A stretch of 64,000 nt of DNA from Octopus sinensis (lineage: Eukaryota). The position numbers and the translations under genes are program-made. Under the pieces are notes generated by a model. That model ran no database searches and had not been told where the DNA came from. It saw only the letters and a list, made by a program, of their open reading frames with translations. This document shows positions 14,117 through 29,059 of the stretch, one piece after another. Location of the stretch: the NCBI RefSeq assembly GCF_006345805.1, contig NC_043001.1, positions 52,266,001 to 52,330,000 of the forward strand, written 5' to 3'. Within the stretch, counting starts at the first letter, position 1. Each line of letters opens with the position of its first letter.

Positions 14117-14903
14117 AAGGAACTACCAGGCCAACATATCTCAAGATCAATGCCTACCAACAAGGAACTACCAGGCCAACATATCAAAGAACGGTAGTAA
14201 CCCAACATGTCGTGTATGTCAACAACAAAATGAAATCATTGATCATGTTGTCTCTAGCGCCTACAGAGTATCTCAACAGGCATGATAGAGCTGCACAATA
14301 TATTCACTGGGTAATCTGCAAAAACCTGGATTTGCCCCATGTAAAAAAACTGGTGGGAACACAAACCACCTCCAGTGCTTGAAAACGACCACATCTCACT
14401 CCTCTGGAACTTCCCCGTTCAAACTGTCAGAAAGATAGATGCAAATAGACCAGACATCATATTGAAAAACTTCAAACAAAGAACATGCCTCCTCATTGAT
14501 ATGAGTGTCCCAATCGATATAAACGTATAAAGATCTTGAAATAGAAATCAGCAAAATGTGGAACCTGAAGACTAAAACAATACCTGTTGTCATAGGTGCC
14601 CTGGGAATGCTAGCAAAAGGGGCTGACCGCTACCTAACTCAGATACCAGGAAACCCCAAAATAGCAGAAATTCAAAAGATAGTGCTCATGGGAACTGCTC
14701 ATAAACTACGCAAAATACTTTCTATGTAATCTCAAGTTTTAAAACAAACAATTTGTTTTCAGGCATTCACTAGTACAACACTAAATATAAAACCAAATAT
14801 ATGGCACACTAGGCATAACAATACGAACATCCAACCTGTTGTCTCTTGAGGGTCTGGGCAAGCCTTGGAGCCAACTTGTACAAATATAAAGCAAAAGTCA
14901 AAC

Positions 14904-14905
<2 letters not shown>
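14117..14905 (+). mobile_element. 5'-truncated R4/Dong-like LINE flanked on both sides by (TAA)n arrays
   Basis: CRVCQQQNEIIDHVVS...EYLNRHDRAAQYIHW, ANRPDIILK...CLLIDMSVP and QKIVLMGTAHKLRKILSM*, then a 3' UTR. TAA arrays lie at about 14030-14116 and 14906-15031. Confidence 0.9.
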
Positions 14906-14987
<82 letters not shown>

Positions 14988-14989
14988 TA

Positions 14990-15031
<42 letters not shown>

Positions 15032-15034
<3 letters not shown>

Positions 15035-15530
15035 GGTCTGATGCATTACCAGGCAGTGGCTCTCATAGCTATTGTCCTTAACCGATTGGAAATGTTATCA
15101 TGTATATTGATTTGTCTTGGTATAAAATATGGTCTACAACAAATATTCTGCTCAAAACCACAGATTTCCTTGTCAGTTGTTTGACCTTAACCAGTTGAGC
15201 ATGTGCCTTACTGACTGGCTATATGTGCACCTCTGATCACAGGCAGAAATAGTGGGGGAGTATCGTAGCCATGTGTTGAGACGAATTATTTGGGGTTTCT
15301 ATAATTCACCTCTGGAAACATAGGTGTTTTGTTCATCATTCTTAAACAAACCTTATTCAAGATCCTTTTGAGCTTGATTGGCTACCCGACCAGAAGAAAA
15401 TTCTAACTGGGCCCCAACTGCAAGGTCATACGCTGTTAGTCTTAATATAAGATCGCCATGTCGCGCACATATGGTTGTGATACATGCTCCTGCTGTACCC
15501 TTATCAGACTGGTAGTCATGGAAAGCATAA
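15032..15530. repeat. Interspersed repeat recognised as abundant in octopus (unclassified; possibly a LINE UTR)
   Basis: Recognised from memory (ccaggcagtggctctcat...ctgggcccca...gtcgcgcacatatggttgtga). It abuts the TAA array and has no ORF. Family not verified. Confidence 0.5.
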
Positions 15531-16266
15531 GTCTAGGGAGCGATTTGTTCAACTAAAACACCATAAGGTGGTGCTCCAGCATGGCCGCAGTCAGATGAGT
15601 GAAAGAAATATAAGAGTGAAAGAATGAACAGAATTATTCTTTTTAAAAATATTCAACCTAAACGTTTAAAGGAATTTGAAGCATCTATATTCATCCACAT
15701 ATATTCTGCTTTTGTCTTGTCAGTTGCTATATGTTGCTATACGTCTGACATTCTTTTGTAGTAAATAAAAAGAAAAAAACCATCACAACGACTGTAAGCA
15801 GTACCTAATCATCTCAGATTGTTAGATAATCTGAATTCATTTTTAATATTTTCATTTTAAAATATCAGAATGGATTAAATTCCCTATGAATTAAATAATA
15901 TTCAGATTATCAAAAATAAGAGATAAAGTCTTCCCTAAATGGCACTGTTAAACTTTGTGAATATATTTTTGTTTAATCGCAAAACAAATCCCATTATATT
16001 TTAGCGCAAATTATACATGCAAATACGGTAGGACTAAATATTTGTTTAGTAATAATAGCAATATTAGTTTATACTGACAAACTCATAATCTGTTTAAGAG
16101 ATGAAATACTAAAATCAAATAATCCTTGTATTTGAGGGATCGTTTATTGTATCGAGTGGCAGACACCTGAAAGGTACAGCTGTCAATTATGTGTTTTTTG
16201 TTGTATTGAAAGCAAAGGGGTGTCGCAACAACAGCTGTTTCAATTCTAGCAATTATCATTTGTGCA

Positions 16267-16655
<389 letters not shown>

Positions 16656-17378
16656 ATGATGGGCAAGGCAGAGTTTAACCAAAGAGCTGAGGAGAAGAGG
16701 AAAGAAGACCTTCTTGAAATGAGAATGCATGGACCGTTTGAAAGGAATACACAGGACGTTAAGTATAATACAGCATCGTGGGCATGGCTTCAGCGAGATT
16801 ATTTGAAGCGTGCCACTGAAAGCTTGATCACTGCTGTACAAGGCCATGCTCTCGGTACCAATCCAGTGAAGTATAACATCTATAAAACTTCTGACACCCA
16901 GAAATGCAGACAATGTGGAAAGCGTGTGGAAAATGTGATCGACTTGGTAAGTGGGTGTGAGAGTCTTACACAAAAAGAATACAAAACGTCGCATCGATAA
17001 AGTGTGTGTGTATCTTCATTGACTCTTATGCCGTAAATACCAATATGGAGTAACAGAGAATTGGTATAAGCATGTACCAAATAAAGTACCAATAATGCAG
17101 GAAGATGGAAAAGTACTTTTAGACTATGGTTTTCAGACAGATCGTGCAATCGAACACTGCCGGCCAGATATTGGCATATCGAATAAGAGAGACAAATACT
17201 GTCAGATCATTGATGTAGCCATACCAAATGACATGAATGTTGTGAATAAAGAGGTTGAAAAATTACCAAGTACTCCGAATTGAAAGTGGAAATGACATGA
17301 CTGTAATGCGAGGGAGTAATGAAAAAGTGATACCAGTGGTGATCGGAGTGTTGGGCTCAATCACGTCTCACAGCTCCG
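16656..17378 (+). mobile_element. R4/Dong-like LINE 3' fragment (zinc finger and endonuclease)
   Basis: MHGPF...WAWLQRDYLKRATESLITAVQGHALGTN...CRQCGKRVENVIDLVSGC, then RPDIGISNKRDKYCQIIDVAIP. Confidence 0.9.
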
Positions 17379-17499
17379 TCTCTAGCTGTCAATTCAATAT
17401 CTGGTACATGAATTCTAGTCGGCCTGCCTTTTGACATCTTCCAAGCAGCAGGTCATGACATGAACTAATTTAAAATTTCTCAAAATTAATCTTCTCCTC

Positions 17500-18495
17500 G
17501 GCAGGAAATGATGAGTTTATAAGGATGTAAGGACCAATTACTGATTCATTAAATGGTCATTGAAAATTGAAAATCCAAACACAGAAACCTTAGCATCGCT
17601 TGGATGGATTGTGGGAAGGCTTTTGACAGTGTCCCGCATGTATGGACCATCAAGGCCTTGGAAATTTACAATATATCTCCAACAACAGTCAAATTTTTAA
17701 AAGTAATCATGAATTCATGGAAAACCACCCTCATTTTAAACAGTACACAAGGATATACCACCTCAACATCCATCGCCTGTGGTATATTCCAAGGTAACTC
17801 ATTATAACCATTACTATTCTGCCTCGCTCTGTTCACATGATCCACGCAACCAAATAATGCTAAGAGAGAGTATAAGATCTTTGACCAGAAAATTAATCAT
17901 CTACTCTATATGGATGATCTAAAACTGTTTGCCAAAAGCGACAGATAATTAGAATTGCTCCAGAATGTTGTCAAAGAATTCAGCTTTGATCTAGGTATGG
18001 AATTCGTGCAAAGGTTACTTTCAAGTCAGGGAAGTTCATAAAGGCAGAAAACATAGAACTTGATACGACCACAGCTATTCGAAACCTAGGCCAATCCGAA
18101 ATCTACAAATATTTGGGAACCAAAGAAAGTGATGGTATCCAGCACTCTAAAATGAAAGAGAAAATATGAAAGGTAAGAATGGTCCTAAATGCAGAATCAG
18201 ATGCTGTTAATAGAATTAATGCGATCAATTCATTGACCATACCAGTAACCACATATAACTTCGGTATCATTAAGTGGAGTCACACTGACACGCAGAATAT
18301 TGATGGAAAGTTCCGTAAAATCCTTACAAGGTACTGAATTATTTTCAGACTGGCAGAGTAATAGAAGCTCGAGGCCCTGATTTGGAAGTAGTAGATAAAG
18401 AGAATAGTAAGTACCAGATAACTGGCTTTACTGTTCCAAATGATGGAAAATTCAATACGAGAAGTATAGAAAAAAAAGCAAATTACCAGGACCTA
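17500..18495 (+). mobile_element. R4/Dong-like RT fragment followed by a further endonuclease fragment
   Basis: MDCGKAFDSVPH, GIFQGNSL, HLLYMDDLKLFAK and YKYLG. After about 18340: FQTGRVIEARGPDLEVVDKE. Confidence 0.85.
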
Positions 18496-18498
18496 TTA

Positions 18499-18545
<47 letters not shown>

Positions 18546-18552
18546 AATAATG

Positions 18553-18688
18553 ACTTCATATTTTGCCACAAGGGCTGCCCTTTATGGCGGGGGGATGAGT
18601 CGGGTACATCGACCCCAGTGTTTCACTACCAATTAATTTATCGACCGCGAAAGGATGAAAGGCAAAGACTACCTCGGCGGAATTTGAA
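18553..18688 (-). mobile_element. SINE fragment (family of 40720-40934)
   Basis: atcgaccccagtg...atcgaccgcgaaaggatgaaaggcaaag...cctcggcggaatttgaa is the reverse complement of the 40.7 kb SINE body. Confidence 0.85.
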
Positions 18689-19754
18689 ATCTATGAAAGC
18701 TTTATAATATTTCAGAAACCTCACATCCAGTCTTCATCAACGTATGGCCCAGGAAAGTAATGCATTCAAAAGAAGCATGTTTAATAAGTGTGCAGCAGGC
18801 AAAAGATAACCACAGCTTAGGAATTTTTGCGAATCTCAGAGCGTCAGGCTACGAGTGTGCACCATCAAATGCAAAGAGCCGAGGCTAAATAATAAAGATT
18901 TCCAGTTTTGGCAGAAAACCATACGCATTTGACGAGTAGTATGATCAATTTTTTATATATACCTACGCAATTTGTTAGAGATTACTTTACTGAGCCCTAC
19001 TGATTATTATTTTATTGCCATCACCTGTATAAAAGCGAATGTCGATATCGTAGGATATGAACTCGACATACTAAATAATTTAATGAAATATATACCCCAA
19101 TTCAGAAAGCACCGAGACATAAATGTAGAACACTTGGAATAAATAATGCGTACAGAGAATACACAGAAGGAATAAACAATATATGCAAAAAAAGAACACT
19201 AAAACTAAATAGCGAGAATATAAAGCAATTATATATAGTGAAACTAAAATATCAAAAATGTATAACAGTCATATTAATATCCAATGTACCTTCTGGATAT
19301 CGATTTTTAAAATCCAAGCATGAACTAGATAAAAAAATATATATGAATAATTGAATATAAGACTTACGAGATGAAAGAATGGGGCTGGAGATGTTGAATA
19401 TGAGCAATATCGAGATGGATATATATATATATAAGGAATCAATAAAGTATTTTCGTTTGAACAGATGAAATACTTATTCAAGGAAACAAAATGATGAAAT
19501 AAGAAGTGCAGTAAAAAAGCAAACGGACCTACCATCGACGTGCAGAAACCAGACATAAATATCAGTATATATTAGATTAATCAACGTATCTATACAGCAG
19601 CCATAGTAGTCAAAAATGAAAACGTGGACTTTCCAAAAGCCTCTTGTAAAGGATCTTATATTTAAACTCAAGCAAACAACTTGAAAATCAAACTGTTCTT
19701 AAATACACACATGCATATATACTTACATACATGTATGTAAGGATATGTGTAAGT

Positions 19755-19881
<127 letters not shown>

Positions 19882-19890
19882 GTATATATA

Positions 19891-20764
19891 TACGAGAGTG
19901 TACCTAAAAGAAATTACAATGTTATTTTATTCACTTAGTTTCCCTGTTAACAATTGTATCGCTTTTCCATTTGAATCAATGTATCGGCCCAGACACATTT
20001 TCCTCTGTTCGATGCGGACTTGGAACTCTGTGAAGTGATGCCCTTTAAGGCCTCCGTCATTTTTTCTTCGTCTCTTCCACATTTGCAAAACGTTTACCTT
20101 TAATAATCTTTTCATTGAGGGTTTAAAATACATCGCAGAGAGCAATATCGGGTGAATAGGGTGGGAGGGCCAGCGAGATTACGCATTCAGTCGTGACTGC
20201 TTATGATCTTCCGTGAGAAAGCGAGGTACAAATTGTGCTGTAACTCTTTTCAATCGCAAATCGTCGCTCAAAATTCGTTGGCAGGAGTTCCAGGACACAC
20301 CAGTCATATAAACAAGCTCATCAATTGTTCGCCGACGATTTTCCAAGATCAGTTCATGGAATTTCGTGATGTTTTCATTCGTGCATTCTGACGGTCGCCA
20401 CCCAACAAGGTTGTTCTTCCAGCGACATGTGACCATTCCTAAAGCGTGAAAAGCCTTCGTTAATTTGCGTTTTGCTAAAGGAAGCGTCCTTGTAAACTGT
20501 TTGAAGCATGAGAACTGTTTCGACCATCGTTTTCACAGCAAAAAAAGGAATTTCATGGAAGCACGATGTTTCTTCGTTTCAGCCATCAGAAAAATCGACG
20601 AACACGGGAGAAGCACTGCAAAACAAAATGCATCATGTAGCAGAACAACTTCAGCAGAAAACGCTAGTCGGCAGACTGATGCCTAAGGGTAGCAGTGGAT
20701 ACCTGACACGAACGGGATTGTCTCACAGAGAAAGTTTCTGGTTACCTTTGTGTAACTCCTCGTA
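19891..20764 (-). mobile_element. Internally deleted mariner transposon
   Basis: HTH region ...RRTIDELVYMTGVSWNSCQRILSDDL...FVPRFLTEDHK is joined almost directly to a YSPD-like C-terminus (PYSPDIALCD...KGKRFANVEEVK), so the DDD core is missing. Imperfect TACGAG... termini with TA at both ends. Confidence 0.85.
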
Positions 20765-21236
20765 CACGCACACACACACACACAGGTGCAAACACAAATT
20801 CGCACACTTACATTTGTACCCAGACAAACACACATGTATACCTACAGGATTCAATTCTCAAAACTATTTGTGGTTTGGTAACCACCTGCATCTATACTAT
20901 CTCAGCTTGACAGTGAAGAAAATATTCCTATTCATTATGTGTAGATAACGACTACATAAATTCAACACAGGTTCAAACATTTGCAAGTCTACGACTCTAA
21001 ACTTCTTAAAAGTACAAGCATGGAAGTTCTTTAATTCACCAGCAATCTTAGGAAAGATTGATACGCTCAACAATACGTTATATTTAGCCACACATATTCT
21101 AGGCGAACTGAGAGAATGATTATTGCGGTTTTAAAAAATTATTTAGCATTTTTTATTCCTTTACAAAGCACCGTATTTTTATAACGAGTTGTAACTGAAG
21201 CATTCTTATAGTATAAGGATTTGACAGTTTTTTATT

Positions 21237-22509
<1,273 letters not shown>

Positions 22510-23399
22510 TTTGAAAGTTTGATCAAAAATTATTTCTATCAAGATTTTAGCCATCTGAGGATAATATCTCTTAAAACAATAATAGCATTCTTTGATGCTA
22601 ATTCTACATGGCTGAATATTATATGACGTGTTGTTTGTACATTACATTCAATTTCGATATCTTGTATACTAGACTTCTTAAACATGGTTAAAATTACATT
22701 TGATTTTTCACAACTATGGCATTCGTTCTGTTTTATAGATTGCTAATGATCAACCAGAGCGGATTAACGTATGATGGTATCTAGTACATTCGAATATTCA
22801 GTTGTTTTGATGCTGTTGTGGTTGTTTTGTTGTCTTTTCTTTGTTATATTAGTTGAAGATGTTCAATGACTGAATCGGAATGTTATCTCCAACATAGCTG
22901 CTGTATGTTTACGCCCACGTGCACACGCACTTAAAGTATGATATAGGCCCGAAAATACAAACAGACACATACACAGACTTGTGTGTGTGTGTATACATAT
23001 ATATGCACGTATGTATGGTTTTTAAGAAAGTATTCAAGGATTAATGTTACATGCAGCCACGTCATAAATAGTAAACGGATGTGAAATTGAACACCTATAT
23101 TATGGAATATTATAACAAGGGATTTCTTCCTGTCTATTCTTTCTGCTTGGTATTGAAATATTTCAGTTACATGCAAAGAACATTAAGATCAAGCAAACAA
23201 CCATCTTTTGTGTACGGATGGTCTTACCGAATTCAACGTTATGGTAAAACAGTATTTGAAACATTGATGCATAAGTTACAGTGATTCTTTAAAGAAATTT
23301 ACATAGAATTCCATTCGAGATAGCAAGTTCGAAGATAGGAAAAAAAAAATCAGTAATATTATGTTAGATAAATTAACAGACATAACAAAATTACTGATA

Positions 23400-23700
23400 A
23401 GTCTGACAAGGAAGATAGACTGGAATTAAAGAATTAGACAGTGTGCATGCTTTTGAAAGAAAATGTTGCCAGAGAATGTTATAAAAACATTAGTTTAATA
23501 AGCGAACATGATGTTAGAAATAAAGTAATAAGTTTCAATACTCTAGCTGTTATAGCAAAAACTTTTAATTATAATATTATCAGCTGGCATTAAGTACATT
23601 AGTAAAACTAGATAAAGTAATGGAAATAAAGAGGATTTACAGAAAAGATCAACCAAAGGTCGTCACGAAATGATCTTGTTTACCTCAGACATATGGAAGC
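23400..23700 (+). mobile_element. Highly decayed RTE-like LINE 3' fragment
   Basis: HAFERKCCQRML resembles the RTE thumb motif (AFExKCxRxML); little else survives. Confidence 0.3.
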
Positions 23701-23758
23701 AGATGTCTTCTCAAATTACAAGAATACTACACAAAATATTTCCATTAATAATCCTTTA

Positions 23759-23797
<39 letters not shown>

Positions 23798-23798
23798 G

Positions 23799-23862
<64 letters not shown>

Positions 23863-23941
23863 CATTTATATATATATATAATATATGTAACCACATACAT
23901 GTATATGTATATATATTTATGTCCATGTATATATATATATA

Positions 23942-24193
<252 letters not shown>

Positions 24194-24949
24194 TAGATAG
24201 ATAGATAGATATGTGTGTGTGTCTGTGTGTGTGAGTGAAAGCGTGTGTGAAAGCGTTATTAGAAATATCTAAAGATCACGAACATAAACAAAACATAAAA
24301 TAATTGCAATTAAAGGAATACACCGAATTAAAATCAACAAATCAAATCAAGGGGCACAACTGCAGCAAAGATTGAATATTATGAATATGATAATGTACCA
24401 GACAAATGTATTTTCTCTGCTTAAACAAGAAAGTGCGAAATAGAAGCTTGATACTTCGTGATACAAAACAGTAAAAAACAAAGAGCATTGCTATATCAAT
24501 AATCTACTATACTATTTGGGTTGAAATACATAGATTTAACTATTGTATAGTAAAAAAGATATCTATGGTGGGAAACGTTTTCCTCTCACCGAGTAAAGGA
24601 ACTGAAAAACAATCTCTCAAATTGCCTCAATTTAGGGGGAAATAACCAAAGATCAGTTGAAGAATTACAAAGGAAATAAATATGTAGATGAATGTATATA
24701 ATAAATGTAGCAAAAAGGGAAACAAACTTTTAGTAAAGCTGAAGTTGGTGAAAATATTGGCTATAAATGTTAAAAAAATAGCATGCTTAAGAAAAGAAAC
24801 TGCGTTTTTTTAATTTCTTTTTCAATAATGCTGATTGATGCTGAAAGGATTATTGGAGTTGCAATGCGAATGCTTCTTTCTTGCTTCATCCCATAAAGAG
24901 ATGAAAAACTTTGTCTACCTCGACTGAATTTGAACTTCAAGCACAATCA

Positions 24950-26031
24950 TCTAGAACAAATGCTACACTGTTTTCTAACTAGGCTCAAACAACACCACTA
25001 TGTGAGTTTATTACATTAATATTATGTTAGGGAACTAAAAATGAATTCCTTGAAATGCTATTCAGTAATTTGGACAAGAAAGATTGAAACCCAAACTAAA
25101 TTCAACTATTACGGATGGGATTAGGAATCTAAACAAAAGTATCACAAAAATGATTTGATAAATGAAAGTAATAATAGGAAACTAAAAGGAATAAAATCAA
25201 TAAATACTCTTAACAAAATATCTTACTCTAGATCTAAACCCATGGGATATTCAGCGGGAGAATTTTTCTTATGCAGAGAGAATAAACAAAGATATTTGAA
25301 GAAAGCAACTAAATATTTATTGTTCTTCAACTCTAAAAAGTATAATATAGACAAAATATATTTCATGGAAATGGAACTTACTGAAAAAAAGAATAAATGA
25401 AGAATAAGCTATTTGAAAATAGGTGATAGATTTTTAGGCCAATAACAAGGAAGGAACCATTACATTTTCGATTTCCTCTTAGAATGGAGAAATTCATATA
25501 CTTTCCCCATTGCTGGACTATAAAATGTTAAGTCCTGAGAATATTTGACATTTCTGAGAGAATACAAAACTTCTTGGAGATAAGCACTAAGTCATGGTAT
25601 ATCAAATGATATCAGAACAAAATTTCGGTTACATGGTACAGGATTCTGAACGGATATCAAATGATATCAGAACGGATATCAAATGATATCAGAACACAAT
25701 TTCGGTTACATGGTACAGGATTCTGAACGGATGTAATCATAAACAAAAGAACAGATTATTTTGACAGGGTACTAATGATTATATTGTCATTGAGTGTTAA
25801 TTATTTTATCGATGTTTAATAAAAGTTAATTATAGAAATTATTATTACCAGTGGCCTAGCACAAGAAAATAGTCAATAGACTATATATTATTCACATAAA
25901 AATATCGTGTACATTAGAACACATTAAGAGGCTTCCAAGCAGGAAAGCCTTGTGCTAGAAAGAGCAATAGAAAACTCAAACCACTAATTATGGATAAATT
26001 CTAGAAAGGATTGAAAATTAAAAACGTTTAC
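24950..26031 (+). mobile_element. Strongly decayed Penelope-like element (RT to endonuclease end)
   Basis: Weak motif resemblances: GIKSINTLNKISYSRSKP, YLLFFNSK, YLKIGDRFLGQ*QG and RKLKPLIMDK. It ends in a fold-back. Low similarity. Confidence 0.4.
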
Positions 26032-26358
26032 CATCTAATTTAGTTCCCAGACCATGGTTTCTAACTCATTCCAGTAAAAAAAAGTTCTCTGAGGCTAGTT
26101 TCGTCAGTAGGAAGCCTTTAGATTTCAAATATACACGCAACTAGATTCACAATCGTAAAGGTTTTTAATTTTCAATCCTTTCGAGAATTTATCTATAATT
26201 AGTGGTTTGAGTTTTCTACTACTCTTTCTAGCACAATGCTTTCCTATTTGGAAGCCTCTTAATGTGTGCTAATGTACACGATATTTTTATGTGACTAATA
26301 TATAATATATTGACTATTTTTTTGTGCTAGGCCACTGGTAATAATAATTTCTATAATT
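25828..26358. repeat. Inverted repeat: 204-bp arms (25828-26031, 26155-26358) with a 123-bp spacer
   Basis: The arms are reverse complements at roughly 90% by eye (e.g. ccagtggcctagcac / gtgctaggccactgg). Confidence 0.95.
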
Positions 26359-26387
26359 CTTATTACCCTAATATTATTTCTTATGTT

Positions 26388-26467
<80 letters not shown>

Positions 26468-26469
26468 GT

Positions 26470-27900
26470 GGAAAGATACCGACCACCATTACGTGACTAA
26501 AAGTGGGCTGAGACATTTCTATTAAATAGACAACTGTAGGTTCGACAAGTCAACAGTTCGTGTTGGTAGAAATTTATGGTTAAATCACTTGTGAATCTGG
26601 TTGGAGTGAGTCGTTTAATGTTATATACCTGTTGAAGGTCTCCCCGTGTGCGTGAACCTAGATGCGTTGAATTTGTTGAAATTTGAATTATTGTCGCTGT
26701 TTTTGCTTGTTTTTGTATTTGCTTTCTTCCCCATTTACGGGTGAAGTAGAGAAGAGAGGAGGGATGGAGCATGAACAAGCCGGAAGTTATGCATCCGCTG
26801 CGATAAAAGGATCAACTACAAATACCATAGAAGTGCGAGAGATCAAGATAGAACCAGAAAATGGAAAGAGGGCAGTAAATTGATAGAAAGGGAAGGAGCC
26901 AGATTAAGGCTGACCCCACCGGGGAAATTGACTAATAATGTGGCGAAGAGAACAGTGGTATACAGAACGCTATCCACGTCTTCTAAAAAGATAGAGATTG
27001 CAACATTTGTAGCAATAGAGGAATGTCTCGAAGACATAAAGAAGGTTACCACCTTTTATACGCTCGGAAGTAAGTACGGCACAGTGGAGGTAAGGTTTGC
27101 CAACGAAGAAGATGCGATAAACCACCCCATTGTGCTGATAAGGACACGGGAACGGGTACTTCTGCCGACTTACTGGGAAACATGCGTCGCCAGAGTAAGA
27201 ATCGGCAGAGTATCCCCCGAAGTTAAGGAAACATGTACAGGATGGAAGATGAAACCAAAATATTGAAGATTACTAGAACCAAAAATTTTAATTGGTGGGG
27301 GTATGGCCTTGAAATGGCCATGCAAATAAGCCTCAAAGACTTGTATGAGATCACGGAGAAGATTATTCTATCGGAAGACGTTACACTAAGAGTGGTGGTG
27401 GAAGGCAGACCACCTATATGTTTCCTATGTGGTCAAAAGGGGCACATGAGAGCAAGGTGCCCCCAGAAGGAAAGCAAAGAGGAGAAGCAGAAGCAACAGT
27501 GTGAAGGACAGAGTACCAAAGTGGAGGTGCCGGGAGGAGAGAAAGACAAAGAAAAAGAATCATTCACTGTCGTGAATAGGAGAAAAAGGGAAGAGCGTGT
27601 GAGCTCTCAACCAGAGAGCCAGAAAAGGATGAAGGAGATAGAGATGGAGGAGACAAGGAACTTGTTCGATGCACCAGCAGAAACAGCATTAACGATAGCG
27701 AGTAACGATGAAGCAGAAACATCATTGCAACACGAAGTGTAAGACATAAACGTTGAGGGTTTTTTTAGTGCACCAACAGAGAAACCAAGAAGAATGACTC
27801 ACTCGGACAGCCCAGATACGTCACTGAAACAAACGCAAGTAAATAAGAGAAAGAACAAGTGGCATAAGGTCACATACGCCAAAAGCTCTGCAATTTAACG
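26470..27900 (+). mobile_element. L1/Tx1-like LINE 5' part: 5' UTR and disrupted ORF1 with CCHC knuckle
   Basis: ATG at 26764 gives MEHEQAGSYASAA. An RRM-like GTVEVRFANEEDA follows, then EGRPPICFLCGQKGHMRARCP. No ORF2 follows. Confidence 0.7.
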
Positions 27901-28855
27901 GAAGATAACAAAATTCAAATCTGTCAGAAGAGTTAAGTTGTCACACATAAACTTATTCCACAGTTGAAACTTTTGTCTTCAACTTAAGCGTGTCGACCGG
28001 TAACAAATAAGAAAATAGACAAAAGAAATGTCAAGACCGAATCCATGTTATGGGTGCGGTGGTTTATACTTTAAAAATAACTGACCGTTTAAAAATATAA
28101 AATGATACAAGTGTAGTTAAATAGGCCATACAAAGTAGCATTGTAGGACAAAAATGTTTCAACAGTATAAATCACGTAAACTGATTATCGGTGGCAAAGA
28201 ATACGAACAAACCTCAAATGAAATTTGTGTATGTAATAATTAATAAAGTTACAATTGGATACAGGCATTGACATATTAATAATTACCACAGATTCATGGA
28301 AAAGATCGGGAGACCTAAATTAAAAGTAACCTCGAAAATTACCCGTGGTATTTCAGGAAAGAAAATATTTTAAGATCGAATTGATAAGTAATATTACATT
28401 CGGTTACAAAAAACCCTTAGAAGTTAAAGTTCTTGTGTTAAATGATACAACAACCTTATTCGATACTGACTGGGTAAAACTGTTTAATTTGTGGGACCTA
28501 TCCACAAACCTAGTCTGTAAAAATATAAATGGTTTTGCCTACAGTACAGATAAATCGTCAGACGAATTGAAAAACAAATTCTTTAATATTTTTCCAGAAG
28601 TTCTGTCCGATAAATTAGGTCTGTGCACCAAAACGAAAGCACGGAAATGCCATACGGACATTTAAGCAAAACAAACTGCACTGTTCGCAGCATTAGAACA
28701 AATAAACTTAGACTAAAAAAAATTGGAGTTATTCAAAACGTAGAATAGTCTAAACGGGCAGCAGCAACTGCTTTCTTTAAGAAAAAGAATAATAAAATTA
28801 GTATGTGCTGATTATTTTATTTATTAATTTTTTTCACTGGAATTAAACCCTAAGT
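27900..28855 (+). mobile_element. Second Mag-like Gypsy remnant (gag knuckles, protease, start of RT)
   Basis: NPCYGCGGLYFK...YKCS*IGHTK, LQLDTG, LFDTDWVKLFNLWD...DKLGLCTKTKA and KKKNNKI...CAD...FSTG. Confidence 0.8.
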
Positions 28856-29059
28856 AAGAAATATTAACATATGGAGCGGAGTTCAATTTTCAAAATGAGA
28901 AAAGACAGGGGACACTGATTTTAAGAATGGGAGATGTTCTGGAAGGATTCCGATCACACACAGATACATACACACTCTCACACACATTAGCTATTCTGAA
29001 TTATTATTATTTTTTGTTTTTGCATCACTATTTTCAACTCGGATCATTGTTGGTTTCCC

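Noticed and set aside
26085-26115. Hammerhead-like CTGACGAAACTAGCC on the minus strand in the fold-back spacer
   Set aside because: The two core boxes overlap with no helix II, there is no NUH partner and helix I does not pair. At best it is a deletion remnant.
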